DNA from: Hemiscyllium ocellatum | Taxonomy: Eukaryota | Reading direction: 5' to 3' | DNA length: 64,000 bases | Assembly: GCF_020745735.1 (NCBI RefSeq) | Contig: NC_083412.1 | Span: 21,198,235 to 21,262,234 of the forward strand | Part shown: positions 22,671 through 37,002 of the stretch, in pieces | Numbering within the stretch: position 1 is the first letter of the stretch | Layout: each line of letters opens with the position of its first letter | The notes under the pieces: model-generated | What the model saw: the letters and a program-made list of their open reading frames with translations, nothing else | Databases searched by the model: none | Told to the model about the DNA's origin: nothing | Translations under genes and position numbers: made by a program

Positions 22671-24111
22671 ATGGCAATCATTCTCATAATTGTCTATAGT
22701 TAAATACATTGTTCCAAGATGTGTAGAATCATAAATTATGGTTTTGAATTGGAAGATCAGTAAAACTGATTTTAATTATGAAGGTATATGTTAGCAAATA
22801 TAATAAACAGTCATTTGAACTGGGCCTTATGTGCATCTCCCACATTTAAATAGTGTACATAAAAATTATATTAAATAAGTAAATACAAAACTATTGAGAT
22901 GTATTTTTATGTTAAAAATATATACCAAAAAAATTGCTTGGGGAAAATAAATTGTATTTGAAATTCGCCACCTGTGATGTTTAGTATTGTAGCAGTTGAT
23001 GCCATGTTTGTGGTTTATGTTCTATAAACTCCCAACATATTCTTTGTATAACATGTTGTGTTTTTTGCTGGTACTTTGAAAATAATGAGAATTAAGGGGA
23101 GGTATTTGCCAATCTAATTTATTCCTTTGATTTTGTCCGTTATGAATACTCAATCATTGGCACTACTGCCCTGATTCTTTCCACACCCTTCAGTAATATA
23201 TAAGGTTACATTCTGAACCATATTTTAGTTTAGTTTTATTCCCCTCAATTATCAAGAAAAGCCCTACTAATTATGCATTCCCCTGAAAGTCCACTCATTT
23301 TGGTTGTCTGCAGCCACTCAATTAACATTAAGCCGCATTTATTTTGAATTTTGCCTCAAATTTAAATTTTTACCAGCGCATTCACAAATGGTCTGGCATG
23401 TCATGGAGCAGTTTTTAGTATTTGTTTCTGGATTGGAAGAGCTTTCCATTTTACAGAAAGAACTAGCTTTCTCTTGATTTAATGAGCCTTGCAACGGTGT
23501 ACATTCTGCAACATCTGGAGTTCTTGTTGCAATTTTGCTTTATTATCATGTCATAGCATCAGGAACACAGTCTTGCCTCACGCAAGGAAGGCTGTAGAAT
23601 TAGTTCTTGTTAAAATTAAAATACAAGGTGATTGTTATTTCGGTTCCTTATGAAACATTTGCATGAATAACAAAGCTTAAGAAGTCCTTCCATGACTGAG
23701 TAGGTGAACACACCAAATTTTCTAACATCAAACCATTGGGAGTCTCAGATACACATTGTATAAACTGAAGTTGAAACCAATGTGAGCCAAGACTGCAACT
23801 TTGATCTGCTAAGTTGACACGGGAGCAATCTGCATTTAGCATATGTATATTGTAACGGTAAATTGGAGAATATTAAAATACTTGACAAATGAGCATTATT
23901 TGGCTGAATGTATGCATTTGTATTCTTTACCCTACTACATTGGAACTGTGGCTCTCTCCTGCTTTTAGTATTGAATTTGCAATGTGATTTACAGTAAAGT
24001 TGAGTGTAGAATTGCTGGGAGCTTGCCCACAAATTCACATCAAGCAAAATTTTGGAAAGCTGAGAAGTTCTTAAGTAACCTGATCTACCTACAAATGAAA
24101 AAGTGACACAT

Positions 24112-24413
24112 TTATCCCAGCTTGGGGAATCAAGGACTAGAGGGCATCAGTTTTAGGTTAGGATAAAGAATAAAAGGGAATCTGAGGGGCAACTTTTTTA
24201 CACAGAGGGTGGTACACATATGCCAGCGGAAGTAGTTGAGGCAGGTACATTAACAACATTTACAAGGCATTTGGACAAGTACATGGATAAGAAAGGTTTA
24301 AAAGCATATGGGCCAAGTGCAGGGAAATGGGTTAGCTTGGAGAGACATTCTGGTCGGCATGGACCAGTTTGGGCCACAGGGCCTGTCACCATGCTGTCGG
24401 ACTCCATGACTCT
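24112..24413 (+). mobile_element. CR1 3' end fragment
   Basis: GNFFTQRVV..PAEVVEAGTLTTFTRHLDKYM, plus tail. Confidence 0.85.
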
Positions 24414-25573
24414 AAACGTGAAAAATGTCTTCATTTTTCAATTTGTTCACAACTTGCCCTTGTACAGTAAAAAGCATTGAAAAATGTTGAAGTTAGCTCC
24501 GGAAAAACCCAAAGGTTACTACTTATGGTCTGTCATTTTTAGAGTCTGCCCTGTCATTGATGTGGTCAAACATATTTTCATGTTACAACACAAGATCCCA
24601 CACTTCAGCTAAAGAAACAGCAGATCAAACATTCATCAAACTCTCCAGATAGATAATCTTCCTTTTCTTCCATTGCTACATCTTGTCTAATTTCCTCATC
24701 CATGCTCCAAAATCAGGCGGTCATCCAGGTGGCTTTGTAGCCTCATATTGCATGGGTAATGACTTAAAATGTGCAAAGTAGCTTCTCGTACTTCAGTCAC
24801 ATGAAACTGCAGCTTTTCAGTGGCATCTAGATTGGTGCAGACCATACCATTGACATGTTTCTTGATTCACTTTTCACCATTAAATGTTCAATTTTTAAAA
24901 AGAAATCTGGTAAAATCATGGTAAAGCTGTCCAGTTTTATCATATTATACAATTCTTGGTGCAATTTCATAGAGGACATGAGATGACTTTGTAATCACAG
25001 CAAGTTTATCCATGAGTTTTCACTCTGGCCCAACTCTACTTCAATTGTTTGGCATATTAACTGACAAGTGTGAGGGTGTGGCTAATCCAGAGTTACTAGT
25101 CAAGAAGTTCGGTTTCTCATGGGCATCCTATTATGCCAGCAGAAATTGCTGATAACAAAATTCCAGGTGTGAAGTTATCGGAATTTGACTTAATGCAATT
25201 TCTCTCTAAATACTCAGTACAATGCATGAAGCATGTGTTAATCTTTTAGGTGCAGAGGGATCTGGATATCATCGTGCATGAATCACAAAGTTAATACACC
25301 ATTACAGCAGGTAGTAAGGATGGCAAATAGAATTTTGCTCCATATTGTAAAACAATGAGTTATGTGGTACCATTATTCAAGAAGGGTGGTAGGGCTAAAC
25401 TAAAGAACTACAGGCAGCGAGTCTAGCATCAGTGGAAGGGAAATTATTGGATAAATATTTGAGAGACAGAATCAATCTCCACTTGAAAAAGCAAGGATTA
25501 ATTAAGGTTACTCAGCACAGCTTTGTCAGGGTGAATCGTTTCTAATAGAATTTGAATTTTTGGAGGTGATGAC

Positions 25574-25889
25574 TTAGATTAGATTAGATTACTTACAGTG
25601 TGGAAACAGGCCCTTCGGCCCAACAAGTCCACACTGACCCGCCGAAGCGCAACCCAGCCATACCCCTACATTTACCCCTTACCTAACACTACGGGCAATT
25701 TAGCGTGGCCAATTCACCTGACCTGCACATCTTTGGACTGTGGGAGGAAACCGGAGTACCCGGAGGAAACCCACGCAGACACAGGGAGAATGTGCAAACT
25801 CCACACAGTCTGTCACCTGAGTCGGGAATTGAACCCAGGTCTCGGGCGCTGTGAGGCAGCAATGCTAACCACTGCCACCGTGCCGCCCA
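25574..25889 (-). mobile_element. HE1-like V-SINE inside a degenerate plus-strand CR1 (~25250-26943)
   Basis: Full-length SINE with (ATCTA)n-type tail; flanks are CR1 ORF2 remnants. Confidence 0.9.
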
Positions 25890-27959
25890 CTTAATGTCAG
25901 AAGTGGGATTGATATGTCAATGAGGATAGAGTAGATGTTAGACCTCAGTATACTTTTTGACATGGTCTGGCAGACTGGTCCAGAAGCTAAGAGCCACAGA
26001 ATCCAGGGAAGTTTGGATCCAAAACTAGCTTAGTGGCAGGAAGCATAATGTATTGGTTGAAGATGGAAACCACAGCATTCGTGCTGGATCCCATGATAAA
26101 CAGCGAGGGGAAAAGCCTTGGAGGACAGGATGATATAGACTGCTTAGCCAGATGGGCTGAACAATGGCACTAGGAATTTAATCCTGAAAAGTGAGGAGTG
26201 ATGCATTATGGGAGGATTAACAAGGCAAAGGAGCAGAAAATGAATGGAAGGATCCTACAAAATGCAAAGGATCAGAGGGACTTTGGTCTGCATATCCATT
26301 ATCCTTGAAGGAAGCAGGACAGGTTGATAAGGTGGTAAAGGCAGTATATAGGAGGTTGTATTCAATGCTTTGACTAATAAAGGCAAGAGCAAGGACATTA
26401 TGTTGGAGTTGTACGTAACATACTAAGCCCAGAGCTGGAGTACTGTGCACACACTGCAGGAGGGGTGTGATTGTTCAAGAGGATGCAGATGAGATTCACC
26501 AGGATGTTGCTTGAGTTGGAGTGATTCAGCTATGAAGAAAGACTAAATAAGTTGAAGTTGTATTCCTTAGAGAAGGCTGAAGGGAAATCTGATTCAGGTG
26601 TACAAAGTTCTGAGGGGCATGAATAGGATGGATATAGAGGAACTATTGCCTTAGAATGGTCAATACCAGGGCATGCCGTTTTAAATTACAGAACTGGAGG
26701 TTTAGAATGGATTTGAGAAGAACAAATTTTGACCAGAGGGTTGGGAGTATTTGAAATTCTTAAAAGGTGGTAGAGATGATATCAAGATTTAAGAACTATT
26801 TAGATAAGCATTTGAAATGTTATAGCATACAAGACCACAGGCCATGTACTGGAAAATAGGATGACAATAGATGGTTGTTTGATGGCCAGCTCAAACACAA
26901 TAGGCCAAACAGTCTCTTTCCATCCTGTTAAACCTCTGACTCTTAATATTTAACCCAAACCTCTGTAAATATTTCTGTTTGCCAAGTCTTGTTCACTACT
27001 TTTGCTCTCAATCCCCTAATAGCTCACATTTGAAATACAAGTCCATATGTTCTTATTTCTCCATGGCCTCATTCCTCTCCCAAATCCACAACCTCCTTCA
27101 GCCTAACATTGCTTTGTGAATTCTTCATTCCTTTAATCTCGTATTTTATACATCCATGGCATCCTTTACCCAACCAATAACTGCTGTGTCTTCAGTTGTC
27201 TAGACTTTTAAGTGCCAATCTCACCAGTGCATACATGAAGATTAATTTGCTGACAATATAAAATATAGTTTTCTAAAATTTATTTACATTTATTGCATCA
27301 TTATACCATGAAATGTACATCTCCAAAATAATGTTTATAACTAATTTAGTTTGAATTTTCATGGAAAATTTGTTTTAATATCGCAATGTTATAGTTGCTC
27401 TAGTTGTCTTTTAACAAAGATTTTTTGGGGCTTGCCAAGTCAACAGTGTCAACTTTTGAGAAGATAGGAATTTGAAAGTAGGTATTTTAAGTATCCACTG
27501 GCAATAATTATTCACATTCAGACAACTCACCAAGATACAAAGTGCAATCCCATCAACCTATCTTAATAGTGCTTTTACACAACCTCACAACAAGAACTTC
27601 TGTTGTTAATGGATGCAAATAGTTCTACTGTTTTCATTGCAATTGCAGGGGCTGGACTCATTGCACATGTAGTTAGTGCATGTGACATTAATGTCAGGGA
27701 TGCTGGCTTCTTGCTAAAACTAATTCCAAATTCAGTATACAACCGCAAAACATTGACGAGAATAAATTAACACGGATACATATGGTTCCTGACTTACGAA
27801 TGTGCAACTTAAAGAATGAAATTCCAATTTATCATTAAAGGGACTGAAGTTTCATTCAAACTTGTGAACATTTGCTTGTATTGTACTGCACTGCATTTCA
27901 ACTGGTGTATAAACTGACTTATGAATTTACTTAAATGGAACCAACAGCTAGAATAATAA

Positions 27960-29090
27960 ACAAATACAGCATAGGAACAAGCCTTTCAGCCCACCATGTG
28001 TGTGCTGACCATTATGTTATTCGAAATAAATCCCACACACCTGCACATGATCCATATTCCTTTATTTCCTACTTGTTCTTATGCCTGTCTAAACACCTCA
28101 AACTTTGTTAACATATCTTCTTGGTGGTGCTTCTATCACCTTCCCTGGCAGCGTGTTCCAAGTAGCTACCACACTCTGCATTTAAAAACTTTACTCACAC
28201 ATCTCCTTTAACTTTCCCTTCTCACCTTAAACCTACATCCCTTGTATTTGACAATTCCACCTTGAGAAAAAGATACTTAACTATCTACCCTTCTCATGCC
28301 TTTAATTTAATATACATACATCTGGTCACCCCTCAGTCTCTGATGTTCTCGTGAAAACAATCCTTTTGTCAAACCTCTCCTGATAGCTAATACACTCCAA
28401 TTCAGACAGCATCCTGGCAAACATTCCCTCCAAAGCTTCCACATCCTTCCTATAGTATGGTTTCCCAAACTGCCTAACTAAAATCTAATACAGCTGCAAT
28501 ATGACTTGCCAACTTTTATACTCAAAACCCTAACCAATGAAAGAGAGCATGCCATACACCACCTTTACCACCTATCTACTTGTGTTACCAGTTTCAGGGA
28601 GCTATGGACTTACACCGCAACATTCCTCTATAAACTAATACTTCTAAGGATCCTGCCATTATTTACTGTATACATTTGTATTTGACTTTCTAAAATGCAT
28701 CACCCCACCCTTGTCTGGACATGTGGACTAGGAACTAAACTCTATCTGCCATTTCTCTGCCCAACTTTCCAATCGATCTTCATCCTGCTGTATCCTTTGA
28801 TAACCTCCTCATTAGTCACAAATCCACCAACTTTCATATTGTCTGAAAACTTTAAAATCAGACCACCTACGTTTTCATCCAAATCATTATTATATACATT
28901 ATAAAGAGGTGTCAGCACAGATCCTTGTGGAATATCAATGGACACAATGACGTCAGCAATGCCAACTACCCGATCCAGTCAAAAAGAAACATCCTCCACA
29001 ACGACCTTCTGTCTTCTATGACCAAGGCAACTTTGTATCCAACCTCATGTGACTTAATCTCTGACTAGCTTACCATGCTGACTATCTTTA
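27960..29090 (-). mobile_element. Degenerate CR1 LINE
   Basis: IPQGSVL..NDLDENVGGLILKFSDNMKVGG; tail at ~27965. Confidence 0.8.
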
Positions 29091-29466
29091 ATAAGTCCAA
29101 ATAAGATAAGGATAAGTAATATTACACTTATTGCATTCCAACTTGCATACACTCATGGACTGCCTGCAAAAGCAAACAGCGATTTGCTCAATTTCTTAAC
29201 TTTTAACATTCCAAGTAAAAAAAAATGCACGACCAGAGTTCATTTAACATGTCCTGGCAATTAAATCTCCTCTTCTCAGTTTCACTTATCATGGCAATCA
29301 AATTTTTTTTGTTTTGTTTTCTTGGCTTGCACCTGACACTAGCTGTTAGACAGGATGACAACAAAGCGGATGGTAAGCAAGGTAATGAGAGTGAAGTGAG
29401 GATCGGGATGAGAGGCAGCAATCAATGGACACAATGACGTCAGCAATGCCAACTTCCCGATCCAGT
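28934..29466 (+). repeat. 46-bp direct repeat pair (28934-28979 and 29421-29466) containing TGACGTCA
   Basis: ATCAATGGACACAATGACGTCAGCAATGCCAACT(A/T)CCCGATCCAGT, one mismatch between copies. Confidence 0.9.
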
Positions 29467-29903
29467 GAACAGGTGAGAGATACAGTGGATCAGAATACTC
29501 CATTGGGAGACTTACGCAGTAATCAGGGAGAATGACTTATTTATTCTTGTGCATAATGTTAAAGGTCAAATAATAAATCAATCATTTGGGTTTCTGTGTT
29601 TATTCTGCAGACTTTCATACCTAATAACGTCTGGTTTCCTATTATTTGGTATTATCACCATCTATTAAAATAAAGTACAATCAAGGATATTCACATTGGA
29701 CAATGAGTTTAAAAAAAGAACATTTTCCTGTGTTGAAGTGAAGTTTTACCCATGTTCATCGAAGTACACTTTCTTGATATGTTCCTACCAGGTCAGCATC
29801 AACAGTATTGGGTAGAAAGGAAAAGAGCAGTGGAAAGAAAATGAATTTCCAATGCTAGAAGTCCAAACATTGAACAGAAAAAGACATGTTCTCTTGGTTT
29901 CAA

Positions 29904-30076
29904 TCAATCAGAGTCACTACTACTGCTTGAAGAATCAGTTGACATAACTTCCACATCATCTTCATTCTCTTTATTATGTCCAGGAGGCTCCAGCATAAAA
30001 TCATTGCTGTGGTTTGGAGGCAATAGGTTGAGAGACATGTCATTTGACTGCCATGGGTATTGAGGTGCAAGTACAT
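29904..30076 (-). CDS. MED4: MED4 exon 7 (terminal; joined CDS 759 nt, 252 aa)
   Basis: [57 protein letters not shown]; minus-strand AATAAA candidates at 29599-29604 and 29540-29545. Confidence 0.96.
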
Positions 30077-31059
30077 CTGAAATACAGAAAGGTTTTCATA
30101 AAATACAACTGTGTTTTATCTTAATCTGTAATGAGACAGGTTCGTAAAATTTTATTCAAGATAATTATGAAACTTGTAATGTTGCCTCCACTATTACTGG
30201 TTCAGTGTGCTTTCTCATTTTAACTCCTGTTCTTGGAAAATAATTAGTAGTAGCCCAAAAGATCATTTATAGACCATATTTTTTTACTGAACAAACCAAT
30301 CTCTCTTGCTGCCCACCTGCCAAAAGAAAACACCAATGGTCTCAAACCCTTAATATGGTATACCCTTCCCTACTTATATACATTTAGCTTTATGATACCA
30401 TTTTAAATTCTTGATATCAAATTAGGTTCCCTTTTAAAAAGGATATTAAAGTATAGAACGTCTTAAAAAGCACAAATCCCATCAAAAAAACACAAGTTAT
30501 GCTTCTCTGACTTGAAATACATGTATTATGATTCCAGTTGATGTTACTATAGGTCAAATCAAATCCTAGACTGAAATCTGGCTTTATAGATCATATTTTG
30601 TTTTAGGTTTTAACTTGGTAGTTTTTCACCGAAACACACGCATGGAATGCTGCAAATTTGGTTCAAACAATAAAACAAGTCTGCTATACAAAAGACATTA
30701 AGATAAAACAGAATAAACCGAATTATTTACATAAAGCACAACTCAAGATTTCAAAACACACTGCAAAATACAATGTCATTAATCCCAAAAGCATTCATTT
30801 GCTCAGAGAGAATTTCTGTCTCCAATGTATCTCTAAAGGTCTTAATTTAACTGTGGCTTCAATTCCCTATTTTAGTCTTTTCCTTGATTCTTCATACATC
30901 TTGGCTTAGATTTTCAAGTTTCACATAAACACGTAAGGGTTTCAAGCAAATACTTCTGGTCTGGAACTTTAAATTTCGACGTAATTTATTTCTTAATTGT
31001 TCTAAACTATTATCCTTCTTTGAAAACAACCTTTTACTCATCCGCTTAAGGCAAGATTT

Positions 31060-31935
31060 CTGCAAATCAGTCAACCAAAGTAAAAAGGGATTTATTGAAA
31101 ATATAGATGTTTCTTCTAAAAGGCAGAGAGTGTTAAATGTTGTCCACATGGACTTTAGCAAGAGCTTCGATAAAATTCCACGTGATGGATTGAATACTAA
31201 GTTTAATTGCTTAACAGTAGGATACAGAAGGTGGTGGTAGAGGGTTATTGTTCTGACTGGAGGCCTGTGACTAGCGGTGTGCCACAAGGACCAGTACTCA
31301 TTTATATAAATAATTTGGATGAGAATGTAGGACACATGGTTAGTAAGTCTGCAAATGACACCAAACTTTGTGGTATATTGGACAGTGAAGAGGGTTATCT
31401 AAGAGTACAACGGGACCACAATGAACTGGGTCAGTAGGCCGAGGAATAGCAGATGGAATTTAATTCAGATAAATACCAAGTATTGTAGATTGGTATGACA
31501 AATCAGGGCAGGGCTTACATAATTAATGGCAGGGCCCTGTTGAGTGGTGTCGAACATAGAGGTGCTAGTACACAGTTCCTTGAAAGTGGGGGTTCACAGG
31601 TTGACAGGGTGATGAAGGTGGCATTTTGCACACTTGCCTTCATCGATCAGAACATTGAATACAGGAGTTGGGATATCATGTTATGGCTGTGCAAGAGATT
31701 GGTGAGACCATATTTGGAGCACTACACACAATTCTGATCACCCTGCTATATGAAGGATATTATCAAACTGGAAAAAGTGCAAAAAAGATTTAAAAAGGAC
31801 TCTGCCATGTCTGAACTGTGTGTGTTATGAGGAGAGGCTCAAAAGACTGGGAATTTCTTTCTCTGGAGCGTAGCAGGCTGAGGGGTGATTTTATACAGGT
31901 TTATAAAATCATGAGGGACATAGATAAGTTGAAGA
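31060..31935 (+). mobile_element. Degenerate CR1 LINE
   Basis: [18 protein letters not shown]; LVRPYLEHYTQF. Confidence 0.85.
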
Positions 31936-31941
31936 GTCAAA

Positions 31942-34623
31942 GTCATAGAGATGTACAGCATGGAAACAGACCCTTCGGACCAACCTGTCCATGCCGACCT
32001 GATATCCCAACCCAATCTAATCCCACCTGCCAGCACCTGGCCCATATCCCTCCAAATCCTTCCTATTCATATTCAAATGCCTCTTAAACGTTGCAATTGT
32101 ACCAGCCTCCACCACTTCCTCATTCCATACACGTACCCCTCTGTGTGAAAAGGTAGGTCTCTTTTATATCTTTTCCCTCTCACCTTGAACCTATGCCCTC
32201 TAGTTCTGGACTCCCCAACCCCAGGGAAAAGACTTTGCCTATCTACCCTGTCCATGCCCCTCAAAATTTTGTAAACCTCTATAAGGGCAGCCCTCAGCCT
32301 CTGCGCTCCAGGGAAAACAGCCCCAGACCATTAGGCCTCTCCCTATAACTGAAATCCTCCAACCTTGGCAACATCCTTTTAAATCGTTTCTGAAACCTAT
32401 CAAGTTTCACAACATCTTTCCGATAGGAAGGAGACCAGAATTGCATGCAATATTCCAACAATGGCCTAACCAATGTCCTGTACAGCTGCAACATGATCTC
32501 CCAACTACTGTACTCAATGCTCTGACCAATAAACAAAAGCATACCAAACGCCGCCTTCACTATCCTATCTACCTGCAACTTCACTTTCAAGGAGCTATGA
32601 ACCTGCACTCCGAGGTCTCTTTGATCAGAAATACTCCCTAGGACCTTACCATTAAGTATATAAGTCCTGCTAAGATTTGCTTTCCAAAATGCAGCACCTC
32701 GCATTTATCTGAATTAAACTCCATCTGCCACTTCTCAACTCATTGCCCATTTGGTCAAGATCCTGTTGTAATCTGAAGTAACCTCCTTCGCTGTCCACTA
32801 CACCTCCAATTTTGGTGTCATCTGCAAAATTATTAACTGTACCTCTTGGGCTCGCATCCAAATCATTTATGTAAATGACAAAAAGTAGAGGACCCAGCAC
32901 CAATCCTTGTGGTACTCCACTGGTCACAGGCCTCCAGTCTGAAAAACAACCCTCCCCCACCACCCTCTGTCTTCTACCTTTGAGCCAGTTCTGTATCCAA
33001 ATGGCTAGTTCTCCCCATCTTTCGTGAGATCTAACCTTGCTAATCAGTCTCCCATGGGGAACCTTGTCGAACGTCTTACTGAAGTCCATACAGATCACAT
33101 CTACTGGTATGCCCTCATCAATCCTCCTTGTTACTTCCTCAAAAAACTCAATCAAGTTTGTGAGACATAATTTCCCATGCACAAAGCCATGTTGACTATC
33201 CCTAATCAGTCCTTGCCTTTCCAAATACATGTACACCCTGTCCCTCAGGATTCCCTCCAACAACTCGCCTACCACCGACGTCAGGCTCACTGGTCCATAG
33301 TTCCCTGTCTTGTCCTTACCACCCTTCTTAAACAATGGCACCACGTTAGCCAACCTCCAGTCTTCCGGCACCTCACCTGTGACTATTGATGATACAAATG
33401 TCTCAGTAAGAGACCCAGCAATCACTTCTCTAGCTTCCCACAGAGTTCTAGGGTTCAACTGGTCAGGTCCTGGGAATTTATCCACCTTTAACCATTTCAA
33501 AACATCCAGCACTTCCTCCTCTGTAATCTGGACATTTTGCAAGATGTTACCATCTACTTCTCTACCGTCTATATCTTCCATATCTTTTTCCACAGTAAAT
33601 ATAAATGCAAAATACTCATTCAGTATCTCCCCCATTTTCTGTGGCTCCACACAAAGGCCGCCTTGCTGATCTTTGAGGGATCCTATTCTCTCCCTAGTTA
33701 TCCTTTTGTCCTTAATGTATTTGCAAAAACTCTTTGGATTCTCCTTAATTCTATTTGCCAAAGCTATCTCATGTCCCCTTTTTGCCCTCCTGACTTCCCT
33801 CTTAAGTATATTCCTACTTCCTTTATACTCTTCTAAGGATTTACTCGATCTATTCTGTCTATACCTTACATATGCTTCCTTCTTTTTCTTATCAAAACCC
33901 TCAATTTCTTTAGTCATCCAGTATTCCCTGTACCTATCAGCCTTTCCTTTCACCCTAACAGGAATATACTTTCTCGGATTCTCATTATCTCATTTCTGAA
34001 GGCTTCCCATTTTCCAGCTGTCCCTTTACCTGTGAACATCTGCCCCCAATCAGCTTTCAAAAGTTCTTGCCTAATACCATCAAAATTGGCCTTTCTCCAA
34101 TTTAGAACTTCAACTTTTAGATCTGGTCTATCCTTTTCCATCATTATTTTAAAACTAACAGAATTATGGTCGCTGGCCCCAAAATGCTTCCCCACTGACA
34201 CCTCAGTCACCTGCCCTGCCTTATCTCCCAAGAGTAGGTCAAGTTTTGCACCTTCTCTAGTAGGTACATCCACATACTGAATCAAAAAATTGTCTTGTAC
34301 ACACTTAACAAATGTCCCTCCATCTAAACCCTTGACACTATGGCAGTCCCAGTCTATGTTTGGAAAGTTAAAAAATCCCCTACCATAACCACCCTATTAT
34401 TCTCACAAATACCTGAGATCTCCTTACAAGTTTGTTTCTCAATTTCCTTCTGATTATTATGGGGTCTATAATACAATCCCAATAAGGTTATCATCCCTTT
34501 CTTATTTCTCAGTTCCACCCAAATAACTTCCCTGGATGTATTTCCAGCTATCCCTTATCAAAAATGCCACTCCCCCTCTTCTCTTGCCTCCCTTTCTATC
34601 CTTCATGTAGCATTTGTATCCTG
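31942..34623 (-). mobile_element. Long 5'-truncated CR1/HER1 LINE (end of endonuclease through RT and 3' tail)
   Basis: ORFs 33950-34285 (LDLLL..SDHN), 32670-33953 (427 aa RT: [27 protein letters not shown]) and 32294-32704; frameshifted. Confidence 0.93.
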
Positions 34624-34960
34624 CCATTGAAATAATGCAGTTAATTTATTAGTTCCCCCTTGTCCCTGCCTGTCATAGATGCTGCTGGCTCGACCAGCAT
34701 TTATTGCCTGTCTGTCACTAGTTGCCTTTGAGAAGGTGGCATTTCCCTAAGGTTGGGGAGTCCAAAATTAGAAGACGTAGGTTCAAGATGAGAGGGGAAA
34801 GGTTTGAAAGGCACTTGAGGCCAACATTTTCATACAGAGGTTTGTGCATAAATGGACTGAGCTGCCAGAGAAAGTAGTAGAAGTGAGTACAACAACAACA
34901 ACAATATTTAAAAGGCGTTTGGACAGATACAAAGGATAGAAAAGGTTGAGAGGGATATGG

Positions 34961-35192
34961 GCTGAAAATGTGTTGCTGGAAAAGCGCAGCAGGTCAGGCA
35001 GCATCCAAGGAGCAGGAGAATCGATATTTCGGGCATGAGTCCTTCTTCAGCCCTTTCCTCATTCCTGAAAAAGGGCTCATGCCCAAAATATCGATTCTCC
35101 TGCTCCTTGGATGCTGCCTGACCTGCTGCGCTTTTCCAGCAACACATTTTCAGCTCTGATCTCCAGCATCTGAAGTCCTCACTTTCTCCTTA
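34961..35192. mobile_element. Palindromic Penelope-pLTR insertion inside a CR1 3' end (MED4 intron 6)
   Basis: ~90 bp inverted arms 34961-35050 / 35064-35153; TSD GAGGGATATGGGC at 34950-34962 and 35193-35205; degenerate hammerhead in each arm. Confidence 0.85.
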
Positions 35193-36091
35193 GAGGGATA
35201 TGGGCCAAATGCAGGCAATCGGGACTAATTCAGTTTAGGAAATTTGGTAGACATGGACGAGTCGGGCCCAAGAGTTTGTTTCTGTGCTGTAAGATTCTAT
35301 TCCATGCTGTACACCTCTATGACTATGACTCTAAATCATACACTCAAATCAATGTAAATATCAATAGTATTATATTCATTATGCACATTGCAAAACTGCA
35401 TGTTTTGTGTGTAAATCAGGAACTACTTAAAATATCAAATGTACAAATGGCTTCATATGATCCGATCTCTGGAACATTATTATAATTAGAGGGGGCAGAA
35501 ACACAAGTAATTCAAGAGGAGTTGATTACTTTGATAACAAGAGGTTTGGATGAAAGGAGATTACAGATTTCTATAGTCTGATTAAATAGCCCACAAGACC
35601 ATCCTCACAGTTATTTACTGTTGTGATCAATAACATGCATGAATGAGTACTCAGTTCTTTGGTTAGTCTCTAATACCTAACCGGCCAATCATACAAACAT
35701 TGAAATGAGCGCTTGCAGCTAATCACAATGGACAACAGAGCCAATCCTGTACCTATGATCATGCAAATGTAATTTCTACTGTACAAAAATTAGAATCAAA
35801 AGTGAATTTCCCCTTCTTAACTCCTAGTTCTACCACCACACCAGCTGTGATTAGTAAATGTAGCATTGAGTGGAAAAATAAACTGCCCATGACAATCTTT
35901 AGCAACCAAATCAGGATAAGATGAAATCTGCCAAAAAACTTTAATCATTGATCAAGAAGTGACAAAGTAAGTTCACTAGAAAGATCTAATGGCCTAAGTT
36001 CACTTCATAGTCAATACCACCAAATGAGTTTCCTACATTGAATTATAGTTTGTTTTGTCTTTTTTTTAAGTAAACTGTCAACAGCTTTTAC

Positions 36092-36223
36092 CTGGTAATC
36101 TGCCTGCAGCCAATGCATCCCCAGGTAAATGTCCATTCACCCCATTGGTAGAAAGGTTGCTTTGCTGTCCCAAAAGTCCACTCCTCATTTCCAGATCAGT
36201 AGGGTAAGGTCTCCGGGGGTCAC
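36092..36223 (-). CDS. MED4: MED4 exon 6 (132 nt)
   Basis: [44 protein letters not shown](D); G|GTAAA donor. Confidence 0.96.
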
Positions 36224-37002
36224 CTATATCAAAAGCATAATGCTAAGAATTAATCATATCCAAGTCTTTAAAGTTCATTCTCAGCAGTGGGGTGATGTCT
36301 TTATCTCTGGTACCAGGCAGGCAACCTTCACAGTTTTCAATTATGGCTGCAGGGCATAATACAATTGGAATAATCTAATTGTTACTGTGAAGTAATCTTC
36401 CTGTTCCTGTCCCCATTACACAAAATATGTTGATAGTAAGTTGCCTTTAACAGAATAATTCATTAGAAATTAGAACACTCTTCATTTTAAAAAAAATCAT
36501 TTACAAATATCATAATGATTGTAAGCAGTCACAAAGTACTTCCCACTTTCTTTGAGGAATCCAGCAACTCAGTACTTTAAACAACAGATAGTCAAAGGAA
36601 TACACTGTTATAGAACATGTCAGAATTAATTTAGTAAGTAAATCTGGGAAATCTACATACATTTATTCTCAAGCTGGTAACTATTTAAGATCATCGTCAA
36701 AACAATTAAAGTAAATGTTTGCAAAATTATTTATTTTTCTAAGCACAGATGGATGATGTGGATAGCAGACCAAAAACAGTCATGCAAGCAGAATTCACTA
36801 TAGTATTTAAAGGAATACAAGTGGATAAATATATGAAAAACAAAACTTTGAAAAGGCTATGAAGAAATAGCAGCAAAATGGGAATAAATGGACAACCCAT
36901 TCAGAGATTAGTGGTACAGGTAAAATGACCTTCTTATGTGCTGCAAATGCATCTAGAATATCTCTTTATTAAAATAATGAGCAATAATATTTAAAATGGT
37001 AC

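Noticed and set aside
23648-24810. Exon-like minus-strand stretches after NUDT15 (23648-23830, 24600-24810)
   Set aside because: No recognisable homology, internal stops, and no consistent splice chain; cannot support a gene or transposase call without a search.
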